The notes below the pieces were generated by a model. That model saw only the letters and a program-made list of their open reading frames with translations, was not told the DNA's origin and did not search any database. Made by a program: the position numbers and the translations under genes. A stretch of DNA of 63,401 nucleotides, filler included, from Trichomonas gallinae (taxonomy: Eukaryota): NCBI GenBank assembly GCA_008369845.1. It is 7 parts of 7 records of this genome, joined end to end, with 100 filler letters (N's around TTAATTAATTAA, not from the genome) between each part and the next. Parts side by side here need not be neighbours in the genome. Positions count along the whole stretch, not along the records: positions 1 to 21,753 come from MRSU01001023.1; 6 more parts are not named here. One strand, given 5' to 3'. Position 1 is the first letter of the stretch. The number at the start of each line of letters is the position of its first letter. This document shows, piece after piece, positions 1 through 10,140 of the stretch.

Positions 1-194
1 GAGACGAAGTTCTTTTTCTTCCTCTTCTTCTTCTTGCCACCATCATCAACTTCGAATTCATCGAGGACGGCGTTCTCGAAGACAGCACCAGCAAGTTCAA
101 GGCCTGTGATAGCCTTGATTTCTTCAAGGGAAAGGCCTTCTGGAACCTCAACTGTGAGGAACTTTCCGGCGAGGGTTCTAACGAAAACCTGCAT
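1..194 (-). CDS. RPS27A: Ubiquitin-like/40S ribosomal protein eS31 (S27a) fusion, 5' part (runs off window start)
   Basis: Not in ORF track. Hand translation from ATG at 194: MQVFVRTLAGKFLTVEVPEGLSLEEIKAITGLELAGAVFENAVLDEFEVDDGG-KKKKRKKKNFV. It has a ubiquitin-like start (cf. MQIFVKTLTGK), a GG junction and the basic eS31 N-terminus, with strong codon bias. Confidence 0.85.
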   Translation of the reverse strand, partial: MQVFVRTLAGKFLTVEVPEGLSLEEIKAITGLELAGAVFENAVLDEFEVDDGGKKKKRKKKNFV

Positions 195-238
195 TAGAAA
201 GGTCGAACCAAGACCAAAACCGCTTTCTTGTCACTTTT
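195..238 (-). promoter_or_regulatory. Trichomonad core promoter: M2-like AAAAGTGAC, M3-like AGCGGTTT and M5 CCTTT
   Basis: Minus strand reads AAAAGTGACAAGAAAGCGGTTTTGGTCTTGGTTCGACCTTTCTA-ATG. This matches core-promoter motifs known from T. vaginalis, where M3+M5 are typical of ribosomal protein genes. Confidence 0.7.
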
Positions 239-558
239 AAGTGATCTTGACACATAAATTTGCATGTTAAAAATAAAGTCATTTTTACATATTTTGACGT
301 GTAAATTTATATGTCAAAAAATATTCATGTTATAAACTCGGACTGTTTTAATACATGAATAACAATATTTTGGGAAATCATTATAATAGATGACATAAGA
401 GTTTAATAGATGATTTTCAACAATGTAAATCAAGTCAAATATATATTTAGTATGGATGAAAAATTTGAATGAATACATTGAATTTTTCTATGATATATCA
501 CAATTTGTTGAAAATAAGGTTACTTATTTTATAATCAGTTTCTAATAATTAGATTTTT

Positions 559-817
559 TAGGGTTGTTCGAATTCTCATTTTTTATCAGCGAACGAAATG
601 TGTAATTTTATTCAGCGCGCGAAAAGCGAGGTGCAATCCCCTTAAAATATCTGTAATACCCTGCAAATACAGGGCACCTCCTTTTAATTTTTCTTTACCC
701 CTGGACTAAAAAGACCCCTTTTTATTTATTTATTCCCCTATTTGTCACTTTTAGCGAGCGAACCCCGAATCCTAAATCAGCGAATTCATTATTAAACGGC
801 CAGTTCGCACATCCCCA
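559..817. mobile_element. Putative hAT-like MITE (~260 bp)
   Basis: Imperfect terminal inverted repeat TAGGGTTGTTCGAA ... TTCGCACATCCCCA (11/14). Near 8-bp flanking duplication AGATTTTT (551-558) / AGATATTT (817-824). Higher GC than flanks, with repeated AGCGAA. Confidence 0.5.
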
Positions 818-886
818 GATATTTACTTTCATATACATGTGATGATTGATTTCTTCTATTTTTGAATCATTTTTTGTTATAGAAAA

Positions 887-2098
887 TTGTATAAAAAATT
901 ACATCTCTATTTCATAAGTTTCGCACTATCTCTCGTTTCTTTCTTTTCACTTGTTATTCCCAAAATTACCTATTCTGAGTATTTTCCTAAGATAGTTACA
1001 GAAAATTATTCAAATTATACAGTTTTTCGCGATCCAGATCTCTACATAGGCTTAGAAACTCCTATGTTTCGTAAAGATTACAGAAGAGTCTTTCTTCCTA
1101 TTCCTGGAATGAAACAATATCATTCAAAAAACATTAATCAGCCTTTTCTCGGAATTTGGACTCCATACAACGAGATCACATTGATAACATTCCATAATGT
1201 TCTTTGTAGGACTGATAATACATTTTATTTCAATAACACGATTATTTTACTCGATAATCATTGCCAAAATAATTATAAAAACTACACAAAAGGCCGGAAC
1301 AAAACTATAGAAATCAAATATAACACTTATGAAAGAGTTATAATGATAGGGCACCAATACTCAGACAATTTCGGTCATTGGATCATAGAAATATTGCCGT
1401 GCTTTCTAGTAATACCACGCGATATCATTGATACAAGCTATATAGCACTACCAGAATTACGCCAGTTTATTGTTGATACACTGGATATCTTCAATTTTTC
1501 GAAGAAAAATTTCATTGTTGGAAAAAACACATTTTTCTATGCAAAGAAGATGACGACTGTTTTTGCTGCTAAATGCCTGAATTTCCCTGCTCCTCTAGTA
1601 TTGAAGTACAGAGCTTTAATGGTCAAAAAATTGGATCTTGACAAGAAAGAGCCATTCAGATATGTTTTCATGAACAGACTTAAAGGATTCAGAAGATATA
1701 TTAACAATTGGGATGATATAATTACGGCCACACAATTAAAATATCCGAATGTCACAATAGAAAGAGGAATATTTTATGAAAATATTTATGATCAATTCAA
1801 ATATTTCAACGAAATCAAAGTTTTTGTTGCAATGCATGGAGCTGTTTTTAGCAACATAGCATTCATGCAGGAATCAACTATTACTGTTGAAATTGAGGTT
1901 CATACTAGAATTCCATATTTCAGACAACTTGGATTAATGACTGGAAAGAAGCACATAACTATTCGCGAACCACAAATACCAATTTATGATGTAGTTGAGA
2001 ACTACATTAATGTATCTAATGTTATGCTTGCCGTGGATGAGGCAATGCTTGAATCATTCAACAATAATAGATTCACTCTCATAGAATATGATGACTAA
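887..2098 (+). CDS. Glycosyltransferase family 61 (DUF563)-like type II membrane protein; start codon problematic (TTG)
   Basis: N-terminal TM helix, NFGHWIIEILP, RRYINN, HGAVFSNIAFM and VEI motifs are typical of GT61. First in-frame ATG lies downstream of the TM segment. Confidence 0.75.
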   Translation: MYKKLHLYFISFALSLVSFFSLVIPKITYSEYFPKIVTENYSNYTVFRDPDLYIGLETPMFRKDYRRVFLPIPGMKQYHSKNINQPFLGIWTPYNEITLITFHNVLCRTDNTFYFNNTIILLDNHCQNNYKNYTKGRNKTIEIKYNTYERVIMIGHQYSDNFGHWIIEILPCFLVIPRDIIDTSYIALPELRQFIVDTLDIFNFSKKNFIVGKNTFFYAKKMTTVFAAKCLNFPAPLVLKYRALMVKKLDLDKKEPFRYVFMNRLKGFRRYINNWDDIITATQLKYPNVTIERGIFYENIYDQFKYFNEIKVFVAMHGAVFSNIAFMQESTITVEIEVHTRIPYFRQLGLMTGKKHITIREPQIPIYDVVENYINVSNVMLAVDEAMLESFNNNRFTLIEYDD

Positions 2099-2342
2099 TA
2101 TCATATATAGAATATATTTGCAAAAATGTATGATGACTAATTTGAAATGTTAAAAAAGCTCTAGTTCACTTTAATTATAGTTTTCCTTCTCATTTATGTC
2201 GATTTGAAGCTACTATTTTGCGATATTGCAATGAAATATTAGAAAATTGTTCTTTTTAATGGTATTTAATTAAAAACGTTTCTATGTTAATATAATAAAC
2301 ATATTTTTAAACAATTTATATAACAAATAACAAAAATAATGA

Positions 2343-3794
2343 TTATGATAACATAAAGAATCGAACTGGTCCATCTTTTTCAGGAACTTCAATTGCTGGC
2401 TTATATGAGACGAAAGGTTTCAGTCTAGGAAGTGGATATCCGACATCAACAGGTGGCTGGATTCTGTACTGGTTTCCAATTTTTTGTTTTCTCACTTTGT
2501 GCTTTTCACGCTCGACTTGTGTCATTGCTTGATCAACTTTTTGACCAGTGACAGTTTTATCGAATTCTTGGCCAACATAGAAATCTTGAGGACCAGAAAA
2601 TGAAAGTTCTGACTCTGAAAGATGGTCTGAACCTGTTGTCATAACAATGGATGACGATGCATCAGCGTAAAACTCATTTTGAGGGCCTAACACATAAATT
2701 GCATCATCTGAATTTTGTTCTTGGTTTTGTTGATTGACGCCATCGTAAATAATGTTTCCATTCTCATCAACGACAGCATTGCCGTTTTCTCCGATAAAGA
2801 AATCAGAAGCTTTAAATTCTTTTCCTCCATTTTCACCATTTTGTCTTTCTATATCACCATCAGCCTCCTGTCCATCATTTCTCAAAAAGGCGAAACCGTC
2901 TCTAAGTGCAGAATAAGGCAGCGGGAAAAGCCAAAGAGGGCAGCACCAAGAAGGTCCAAATGTTTCCATGCAGTTGATAAAACTGTTTACATCGTATGGA
3001 TTCTCTTTTTCGTCATCAAAAACGCGCGATTTGTTGTGCAAAACGAGTCTGATTGATTTGATTACGAAGAATATAAAGTAAATGAATGTAATAAGAACGG
3101 GAAGTATAGATAGGAAGAATGCTAGTCTTGGTACTGTGAATTTCCAGCCGTTTGTCTTAATTGCAATCATATCCATAATAAAAACTGCGAAATAATAGAT
3201 GAAAACCGCAAATAACCATATCTGCATAACTATAAAGTATCGTATATTGCGTGCGCCGATCCAATTAGATATCCATCCGCAATTTACTTCTGCTCTTAAG
3301 ACAATTCTTCTGCCAGACGCGCTGACTATTGATCTTTCTGGGCACTCTCCATCGAGAGCAAACGACTTCTGCTTGTCATTTGTAATGATCCCTGACCATT
3401 TCTCTTGCTGAGTGTAATATTTCCTTCTTTCGACATTCCAGAACCAAGGAAGATATCCTGGAGATACACACATTGTGAGGATGTGACTAACAATGTAGAA
3501 AAAGTGAATGAAGGATCCTGCAGTGATTAAACCCAACTGAACGAGATCTGAATAATTTTCGATCAACGACCAAAGCTCGAAAGCAAACATGAGGAGTACT
3601 ATTAATGTTGAAAATATCGCTGTAGTGCAGTTCATTTCCCAATCATTGCAATAATATGTTTTTATTTCAGGAAAATAGGCTATTTTACAACAACCACAAT
3701 CGCATTTTTGTTGCCATTCGCTGTATTTGGGCACGTGCATGATTTTGTCGTTGATTTGAAGCGTCTTACCTTCGTAGAGGTAGGCGCCGCTCAT
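2343..3794 (-). CDS. DHHC palmitoyltransferase-like membrane protein, degenerate active site (EVNC)
   Basis: Four TM segments, SPGYLP after TM2, PERS..S...RRIVLRAEVNCGWISNWIGARNIRYF aligning to the DHHC-CRD, then NPYD...N....FG. Confidence 0.8.
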   Translation of the reverse strand: MSGAYLYEGKTLQINDKIMHVPKYSEWQQKCDCGCCKIAYFPEIKTYYCNDWEMNCTTAIFSTLIVLLMFAFELWSLIENYSDLVQLGLITAGSFIHFFYIVSHILTMCVSPGYLPWFWNVERRKYYTQQEKWSGIITNDKQKSFALDGECPERSIVSASGRRIVLRAEVNCGWISNWIGARNIRYFIVMQIWLFAVFIYYFAVFIMDMIAIKTNGWKFTVPRLAFFLSILPVLITFIYFIFFVIKSIRLVLHNKSRVFDDEKENPYDVNSFINCMETFGPSWCCPLWLFPLPYSALRDGFAFLRNDGQEADGDIERQNGENGGKEFKASDFFIGENGNAVVDENGNIIYDGVNQQNQEQNSDDAIYVLGPQNEFYADASSSIVMTTGSDHLSESELSFSGPQDFYVGQEFDKTVTGQKVDQAMTQVEREKHKVRKQKIGNQYRIQPPVDVGYPLPRLKPFVSYKPAIEVPEKDGPVRFFMLS

Positions 3795-4481
3795 AAAAAT
3801 ACTTATGCGTTAGCTAAATTTTAAACTTCTGACACTAAAATCTGATTTTTGTCATGTAAATAATGAAAAGTGGCAATTTTTTTCTTTTCTTACGCTTTCC
3901 AATGATATCCTAATAATATGCTTCATGATTCACCAGAATTAAAATGCTGACTTCCTAAATATAACTATGTGCTAATGTTTTGATCTGATTAGAACTAAAA
4001 TACAAAATCAAAATTGAGTAAGATATATTTCAAATGTTATCTGAAGATTAAACGATTAGTATTCGGTTGGTTTGCATGTTGTATGAATTTATCTAAGAAC
4101 AATCTCTAAAATTTTATTTATTCAACGATATAATTTGCGTTTTATGATATTGAGTGTATTACATAATGACATACTTATGTCAATAGATATGGTTTGACTC
4201 CAAAAAATAGTTGACTTGTTGAATATTTTTGGAAAAAAAATTGAATATTGAGATTAATGACTGATTCTCTGAAGAACACGGATAATTGACAGAACCATGT
4301 AGAAAACGAAAATAACCAGGGCATCAAATAACGATATAAAGAAAAATTTTCAAAAGTTGTGCCGAATCGAAAAATTTGTTGATTTTTGGATAGTTCATAT
4401 AGTATTCTATCAATATATTTAAAATTTTCGTTAAAAATTTAAATTGAACAACTCTGTCTGAAATTTTGGAAAAAAAATTCG

Positions 4482-5150
4482 ATGCCTCCGAAGAAAGCGA
4501 AGAAACCTGGAAATGGAACGAGAAGTGATACAATTTTAGTTAACAAGGATCAAGCCATTCTCACTCGCAAATATAATCAAATCAAAAAAGTCACAGGAGC
4601 CGCTTTAATACAAGATTTTGAGCCTTTAATTACTCCACCAATAGGAACCTCATTAAGCGATTGGCTTATCATCAACGCCATGGAGTTTCTTGATCGGACA
4701 GACAAACTTTACCAGTGCTGTTCTTTGTTTTGCACTTCTGAAACTTGTCCAATGTTTAACGCTGGACCTCACTACAATTATTTCTGGGAAGATGAAAGCA
4801 CAACAGAGCCTGTACAACTCTCAACACCCGAATATTTGCTGCAGTTAACGCGCTGGGCAAAACGCAACCTTGCAAACACAACGTTGTTCCCTCGTGTTGA
4901 TGGAGCAGCATTATCAACAGAAGCAAAAGAAATACTACAAACAATTTACAGACGTACAATGAGGATTTTCGCTCATTTGTATGTTTGTCATTTTTCATCG
5001 ATAAAAGAGCATAGCATTGAACCAGTGATTAATACTCTCTTCGTTCATTACGCAATGCTTGCTTTAAGATATCAAATGATAATGCATCAAGATATTGAAA
5101 TGCTTACACCTGTTCTTAATGCAATGCACATCACTCTTCCAGCACCATGA
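4482..5150 (+). CDS. Mob1/phocein family kinase activator
   Basis: DWLIINAMEF, FCTSETCPMFNAGPHYNYFWED, LFP and RIFAHLYVCHF (Cys2His2 zinc site of Mob1). Confidence 0.92.
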   Translation: MPPKKAKKPGNGTRSDTILVNKDQAILTRKYNQIKKVTGAALIQDFEPLITPPIGTSLSDWLIINAMEFLDRTDKLYQCCSLFCTSETCPMFNAGPHYNYFWEDESTTEPVQLSTPEYLLQLTRWAKRNLANTTLFPRVDGAALSTEAKEILQTIYRRTMRIFAHLYVCHFSSIKEHSIEPVINTLFVHYAMLALRYQMIMHQDIEMLTPVLNAMHITLPAP

Positions 5151-5722
5151 TTCTTGTATATTATAACGATCATATTCTTTTCTTATTATTTTGTAAGTTC
5201 ATCCTGATTATACAAAAAAATAAATCAAACTTCGATATTTGTTAGAAACGAATATAATTATTATATTACATAAGACAACCAAATATATTTATGATAATAT
5301 TTTGTTCTAATACTGATAAAATACAAAAAAATAATATTGGCAAAAATAACAAATATTTATATGGTAAAAAGTGAAAATATATCGAAGCAGATCATATTTA
5401 AGTTATTAAATTATGGAAGTTAAAATTGATAGAATGAAAAATAGAAATAAGATATAGTTATATGGTAAAAAGTGAAAATATACATGTCAATATTATGATT
5501 ATACTATCCTGGAATTCCATATTTTTAATATATTTGTTTAACGTAAAATTTGATTAAAAGTATATGTTAAGAACAAAGTCATAATATACTTATATATAGT
5601 TTCACTTTTACGATATATCTATATGTTGTCCTTGTTAATAATTATATGAAAATTTATCAAATGCGGGACAGTAAAAAGTTATTTATAATAACATATCATG
5701 CATAATAGAAAAAATCTATAAA

Positions 5723-7039
5723 TCAAAGATTTTGACCTGAAAATGCATTAATGCAATCGAGTACAGCCTCATATGTTGCAATTCCAGCTGCAGCTGTACC
5801 AACTGCGAACATCAGCAAGCACAGGAGGTTGCTCCAGTGGTGCCACCTCTTTTCGTTGAAAATAACCCACATTAACGGTGGCAAAACTAAGTTCGATGTT
5901 CCGGCACCGAAAGCTCCGCCAATTCCCATGGCAGGTCTAACATTTGGCAGGAAGATGGTGACTGTAAGTGGGAGAATGTTCTGGCAGAGCAAAACGACGA
6001 TGCGATGCTTCCATGCTAATGCTGTGTGATTTTCTGTTTTGTAAAACACTCTGCTGAAGACTGCGAGGATTGTGACGCCTAAAGCTGGGTAGGAGGCTGT
6101 CAGCACAATAAAGCATGCTACACGAACAATGATAAACAAAACGTCGTCGTCAGCAAAATTGGATAAAATTAAAGGTTTGGCGCGAGCACCGAAAATGAGA
6201 TATCCAAGAATGCCAGGGATGAGTGTGATAAGGAAAGACATGAAAAATGCAGATCCTGTAGCGATATAACGCTTATGAAGATTCGGTTCCATATGACGAA
6301 TGATTGGGATGATGACACCAGCCAAAGCAAATGACAGAGAGTAAATACCAAGTGAGTTGAAGATCTTAATGCCAACATTTGATGTTTCAACTGTCGGATC
6401 AATTCCCTGAGAAGGAAGCATTGTAATTGACTTGTAAACCATGCCGAAAACGTATGTTAGGAGTGAGAAGAAGCAGAATGTTGAAGCGTAATTCAAGAAT
6501 TTGACTTGTTTTGGAACTGTTAACATAATCGGAAGAGCAAGAGAGTAAACAATAGCTACAACACTTCTCTTTGCAAATGAATCGGTCTTAATGCCAAGCA
6601 AGACGAGCCAACCTTGTATAATTTCTGTGGCCATGATCAAATAAGCAGTCATGCATGCATAACAGAAGCATAACAAGGAGATTGATAATAGAGTTGTTCC
6701 GTATTTGCCAATTGTTCTGTTTGCTAAATATCCGATCGAATCTGAATTTGTTATTTGGGCCATCTTCACGACAAAGACTGTAGAGATGTATGTGAATATT
6801 GCAGCACCAACAAGCATAATGACTGATGGAATGATGCCGCAAAAAGTAAAAGAGTTGGCTACACTCAAAATACCAGCGCCGAGAACTGTGTTGAGGATAT
6901 TCATAACCATAGGAATAATGCCAGTGTAGTGAATATTCTGGACATCAGTTGTAGCACCAGTGAGTGTTAATAAGTTCGAAGAATCATTGTTTGTAAAATC
7001 TTGTTCCATTTTTGTCACGTTTTTTCGATAAAATGCCAT
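5723..7039 (-). CDS. Amino acid transporter (AAAP/Aa_trans, SLC38-like)
   Basis: NILNTVLGAGILS motif, about 11 hydrophobic segments, GYLIFG, ASYP. Confidence 0.9.
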   Translation of the reverse strand: MAFYRKNVTKMEQDFTNNDSSNLLTLTGATTDVQNIHYTGIIPMVMNILNTVLGAGILSVANSFTFCGIIPSVIMLVGAAIFTYISTVFVVKMAQITNSDSIGYLANRTIGKYGTTLLSISLLCFCYACMTAYLIMATEIIQGWLVLLGIKTDSFAKRSVVAIVYSLALPIMLTVPKQVKFLNYASTFCFFSLLTYVFGMVYKSITMLPSQGIDPTVETSNVGIKIFNSLGIYSLSFALAGVIIPIIRHMEPNLHKRYIATGSAFFMSFLITLIPGILGYLIFGARAKPLILSNFADDDVLFIIVRVACFIVLTASYPALGVTILAVFSRVFYKTENHTALAWKHRIVVLLCQNILPLTVTIFLPNVRPAMGIGGAFGAGTSNLVLPPLMWVIFNEKRWHHWSNLLCLLMFAVGTAAAGIATYEAVLDCINAFSGQNL

Positions 7040-7555
7040 GTGTCACTTTTTAATTTTCCTACTTTACATTCAATTGTTTTAGATTCAAAAGATTTCATGC
7101 TGTCTTCATTTCTATTATATTATATCATCGTATTGTATGTATATAAGACTATGACGTGTGAATTTTTATCATGGCAACGAATAAATCTCCATTAGAACCG
7201 AGTTTGAGAATTCGACATTTTTTCAAGAATTCTAATAATGTAAAGTGTTAAATGTCAAAAATTGTAAAACGCTCGAGTTCGATTCTAGAATTATTAATTT
7301 TTTTTTTTTCCTTTTATTTTTTGGAATCTAAGTCATAAATAGTCGGTTCAATAGAGTGGGTTTGTCATTATGTGAGTAATACACGAATATCATTGAATAG
7401 TTTATCTAGAGAATGTAACTATTCAAAATAACAGCAATTATATTTGAATTCGATTTAGGATTTTTGAGTATTTCAAATTGATCAAATCTTAATAAAAATA
7501 AACTGTTTATATTGTTATTTGCAATTGCTTATTATTATTATCAAACATTTAATTT

Positions 7556-10072
7556 TTATTCATCATCATATGGAACGAATCCATCTTCAGAAAAACCAGG
7601 AATAAGTTTATAGTCTGGATATTCATAATCAACCATTGTTGGATTTTCTCTTATACTTATTATTATTTCTTGTGCATTAAAACCAGGATTTGCGTTGCAT
7701 AACTTGATCAATGTTGTTGATATCAAAGCTCTCAAGTAGTCTCCTTGGTAAACATTCTCTTTTAAGCAATTTTGAATTAATTCCATAATTTCATTATCAA
7801 CATAACTCAGATCATCACTAATTATAATCAATGCAAGTTCAATATGACATCTAAGAGATATATTTGAAGCAGTTCTGCGTATTGCTTGAATGTAATTAGG
7901 AATAACTGTTTGCACGAAGTCATAACCTGAGAAAAGAACTTTCAAGAAAATAAGTACTATGCATTCTGCATCAACATCTTGTAAATGACTACGAATCGAT
8001 TCATTACCAAAAATGAGTGGGAAAGCTTTTTCAAAGAACATTAGGATAACGAAATTACCATCAATCTGAGCGGTTAACACATCAGGATGCTTGTCCAGCA
8101 ATGAATATATTGGCGAGACAAAATCATAGACATATGATGAAAGTGACTGTATATCCAAAAGAAACATAACTAAATCAATATAATGATGGAAAGCAAAAGG
8201 CTGCAAAGCAAAAGGTGACATAATTGTTAAGAAATTACCAAGTTCAAAACTAAGATCATGTGTTTTCATTATAATTTCTGTTAGGCTTTTGTAAGCAGCA
8301 AACATTTCAGATGGTTCTACAATGTACTGAGCGAATTTTAATAATATCAAATTTATGTTTTTTGATGTTTGATTAAGAATATCTTCGTAATCATCATCCA
8401 TAATCATTTCATTGAGCTGTTTAAATTGTTCCATCACACTTTGACAAGCTAAATTAAACAAATCTTGAAGTGGAATATCTTCTCCATTGTATGCGTTAAT
8501 AAATACTGAAAACAGTTCATTGACTTCATTGTTGAGTATTTTTCCACTAAGTTCAATAATTTTTGACAATAATTCGGCTTGCAAAAAGCATTGATGCCCG
8601 AGAGATATAGAGTTTCTATACATCCTGAATACAAGAGTCAAATAGCTTAACTCATTAAATGTATCTGAAAATTCCATATCTGTTGACAAATCTCCTGCAA
8701 ATTCTTCTTCAATTCCAAAATACGGACAAATGGACAAGAAATATATGCTTGTAAGGGATAATGATCCACTTTCTCGTATTTTTTCAATTGTTGGTTTAAA
8801 ATATTCTTCGTAATACTTCGAGCTTTCTTGTTCTTTAATAGATTGATTATTATCAATCAAATATTGGAAAAGTGATGCTACTAAATATAACAGCTCCTCG
8901 CTTAAATCATATCCATATATCATATCAATTATATTCAAATCATCTTTGCGTATGAAATATTGAATTACGAACACAGCGCATGCAGTCCTTATCGAAGAGT
9001 TCCTTTCATACAAATCTTTTTCCATGTGGCAGTCAAATAATACATTAAACGTAGTCTGAGGGTCATCACTATCATTTATTTCCCCTACAGCTGATCCTTG
9101 CAATAAAAATGGAACTATTTCATTCACGTGCTCATCTTCCATATAATCCATGTATAGACCTAAAAGATATATTGTATTTGAATAAGTTTCAACGCTTTTA
9201 ATATTCGAAGAAATAAGTTGTAACAAGTTGATCAATGCAACAAACAACCGTGGAAAAGTTGCTTCAAGGCATTCTTTTTTCTCCTGAATTATATCAATTT
9301 GATCTTTAGATCCAATTTCTGCATTAGCTCTGACAAAGAAGACCAATATTTCTATCAGTAATTCATTTGTTTCGTCTATTTGTATAAGATTTTCATCAGT
9401 GTAACTTTCGATAATAAATATTGCCAAATTTGTGAATTCAGCAATCAATTCCCTCTGGTTAAACTTTAAAAATTGATAGCAAAATTGGCCTAAATGATTA
9501 TATACTAATATTAATGCAGGAATAGCACTCTGTTTATCAATTTGCTCGGTTTGTAATAGTTGAGTTGTTGTGTTAAAAATATTTATATAATTTTCTGGTA
9601 CTTCTGTTCCAGTATGATGTCCGATGGCAACGTTTATCATCACTAATCTAATAACATCTAGTTGATTAATTACTGTACTAAAGAATTGTAGTGCATAATT
9701 TTTATCGATACTAAAAATAAAATCGAGTATTTGACTTAAAGATTCGGTTCCTGTAAGGAATGATTGTACTGCTTCACAAAGAGTGGCATCTTTGATTTCA
9801 GGATTATTGATTAAGAATTTATTATAATAGTAGAAAAGTCTAGAATCAAAGACTTTCTTTAAACAATCACGTATAGTTGAATTTGTGTATTTCTGATTTT
9901 GTTCTGATAATTGTATTTTTCCATTATACAAAAGAAACGTATAAAATGGAAATTCGCCGTGGTTTGGAAAATCGATCAATGTTTGCTCAATCTGTTGTTG
10001 GTCAACTTGACCCAGCGACGCTGATATTAGAACTTCGCATTGTTGTAAAAAGACTTCTGGAGAATAACTCAT
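7556..10072 (-). CDS. Large acidic alpha-helical (HEAT/ARM, possibly importin-beta-like) hypothetical protein
   Basis: 838-aa uninterrupted ORF. N-terminal QQQIEQTLIDFPNH resembles importin-beta N-termini; family call is weak. Confidence 0.55.
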   Translation of the reverse strand: MSYSPEVFLQQCEVLISASLGQVDQQQIEQTLIDFPNHGEFPFYTFLLYNGKIQLSEQNQKYTNSTIRDCLKKVFDSRLFYYYNKFLINNPEIKDATLCEAVQSFLTGTESLSQILDFIFSIDKNYALQFFSTVINQLDVIRLVMINVAIGHHTGTEVPENYINIFNTTTQLLQTEQIDKQSAIPALILVYNHLGQFCYQFLKFNQRELIAEFTNLAIFIIESYTDENLIQIDETNELLIEILVFFVRANAEIGSKDQIDIIQEKKECLEATFPRLFVALINLLQLISSNIKSVETYSNTIYLLGLYMDYMEDEHVNEIVPFLLQGSAVGEINDSDDPQTTFNVLFDCHMEKDLYERNSSIRTACAVFVIQYFIRKDDLNIIDMIYGYDLSEELLYLVASLFQYLIDNNQSIKEQESSKYYEEYFKPTIEKIRESGSLSLTSIYFLSICPYFGIEEEFAGDLSTDMEFSDTFNELSYLTLVFRMYRNSISLGHQCFLQAELLSKIIELSGKILNNEVNELFSVFINAYNGEDIPLQDLFNLACQSVMEQFKQLNEMIMDDDYEDILNQTSKNINLILLKFAQYIVEPSEMFAAYKSLTEIIMKTHDLSFELGNFLTIMSPFALQPFAFHHYIDLVMFLLDIQSLSSYVYDFVSPIYSLLDKHPDVLTAQIDGNFVILMFFEKAFPLIFGNESIRSHLQDVDAECIVLIFLKVLFSGYDFVQTVIPNYIQAIRRTASNISLRCHIELALIIISDDLSYVDNEIMELIQNCLKENVYQGDYLRALISTTLIKLCNANPGFNAQEIIISIRENPTMVDYEYPDYKLIPGFSEDGFVPYDDE

Positions 10073-10140
10073 ATTAAAATTTTGCCAGACCCCGTCTTAT
10101 GATAAAGACCCCTATTTTAATATAAAAAGTGTCAAAAATC

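Noticed and set aside
34..240. 68-aa plus-strand ORF
   Set aside because: Antisense shadow of the UbL-eS31 gene.
5350..5482. Duplicated ATATGGTAAAAAGTGAAAATATA
   Set aside because: Low-complexity intergenic duplication with no further structure.
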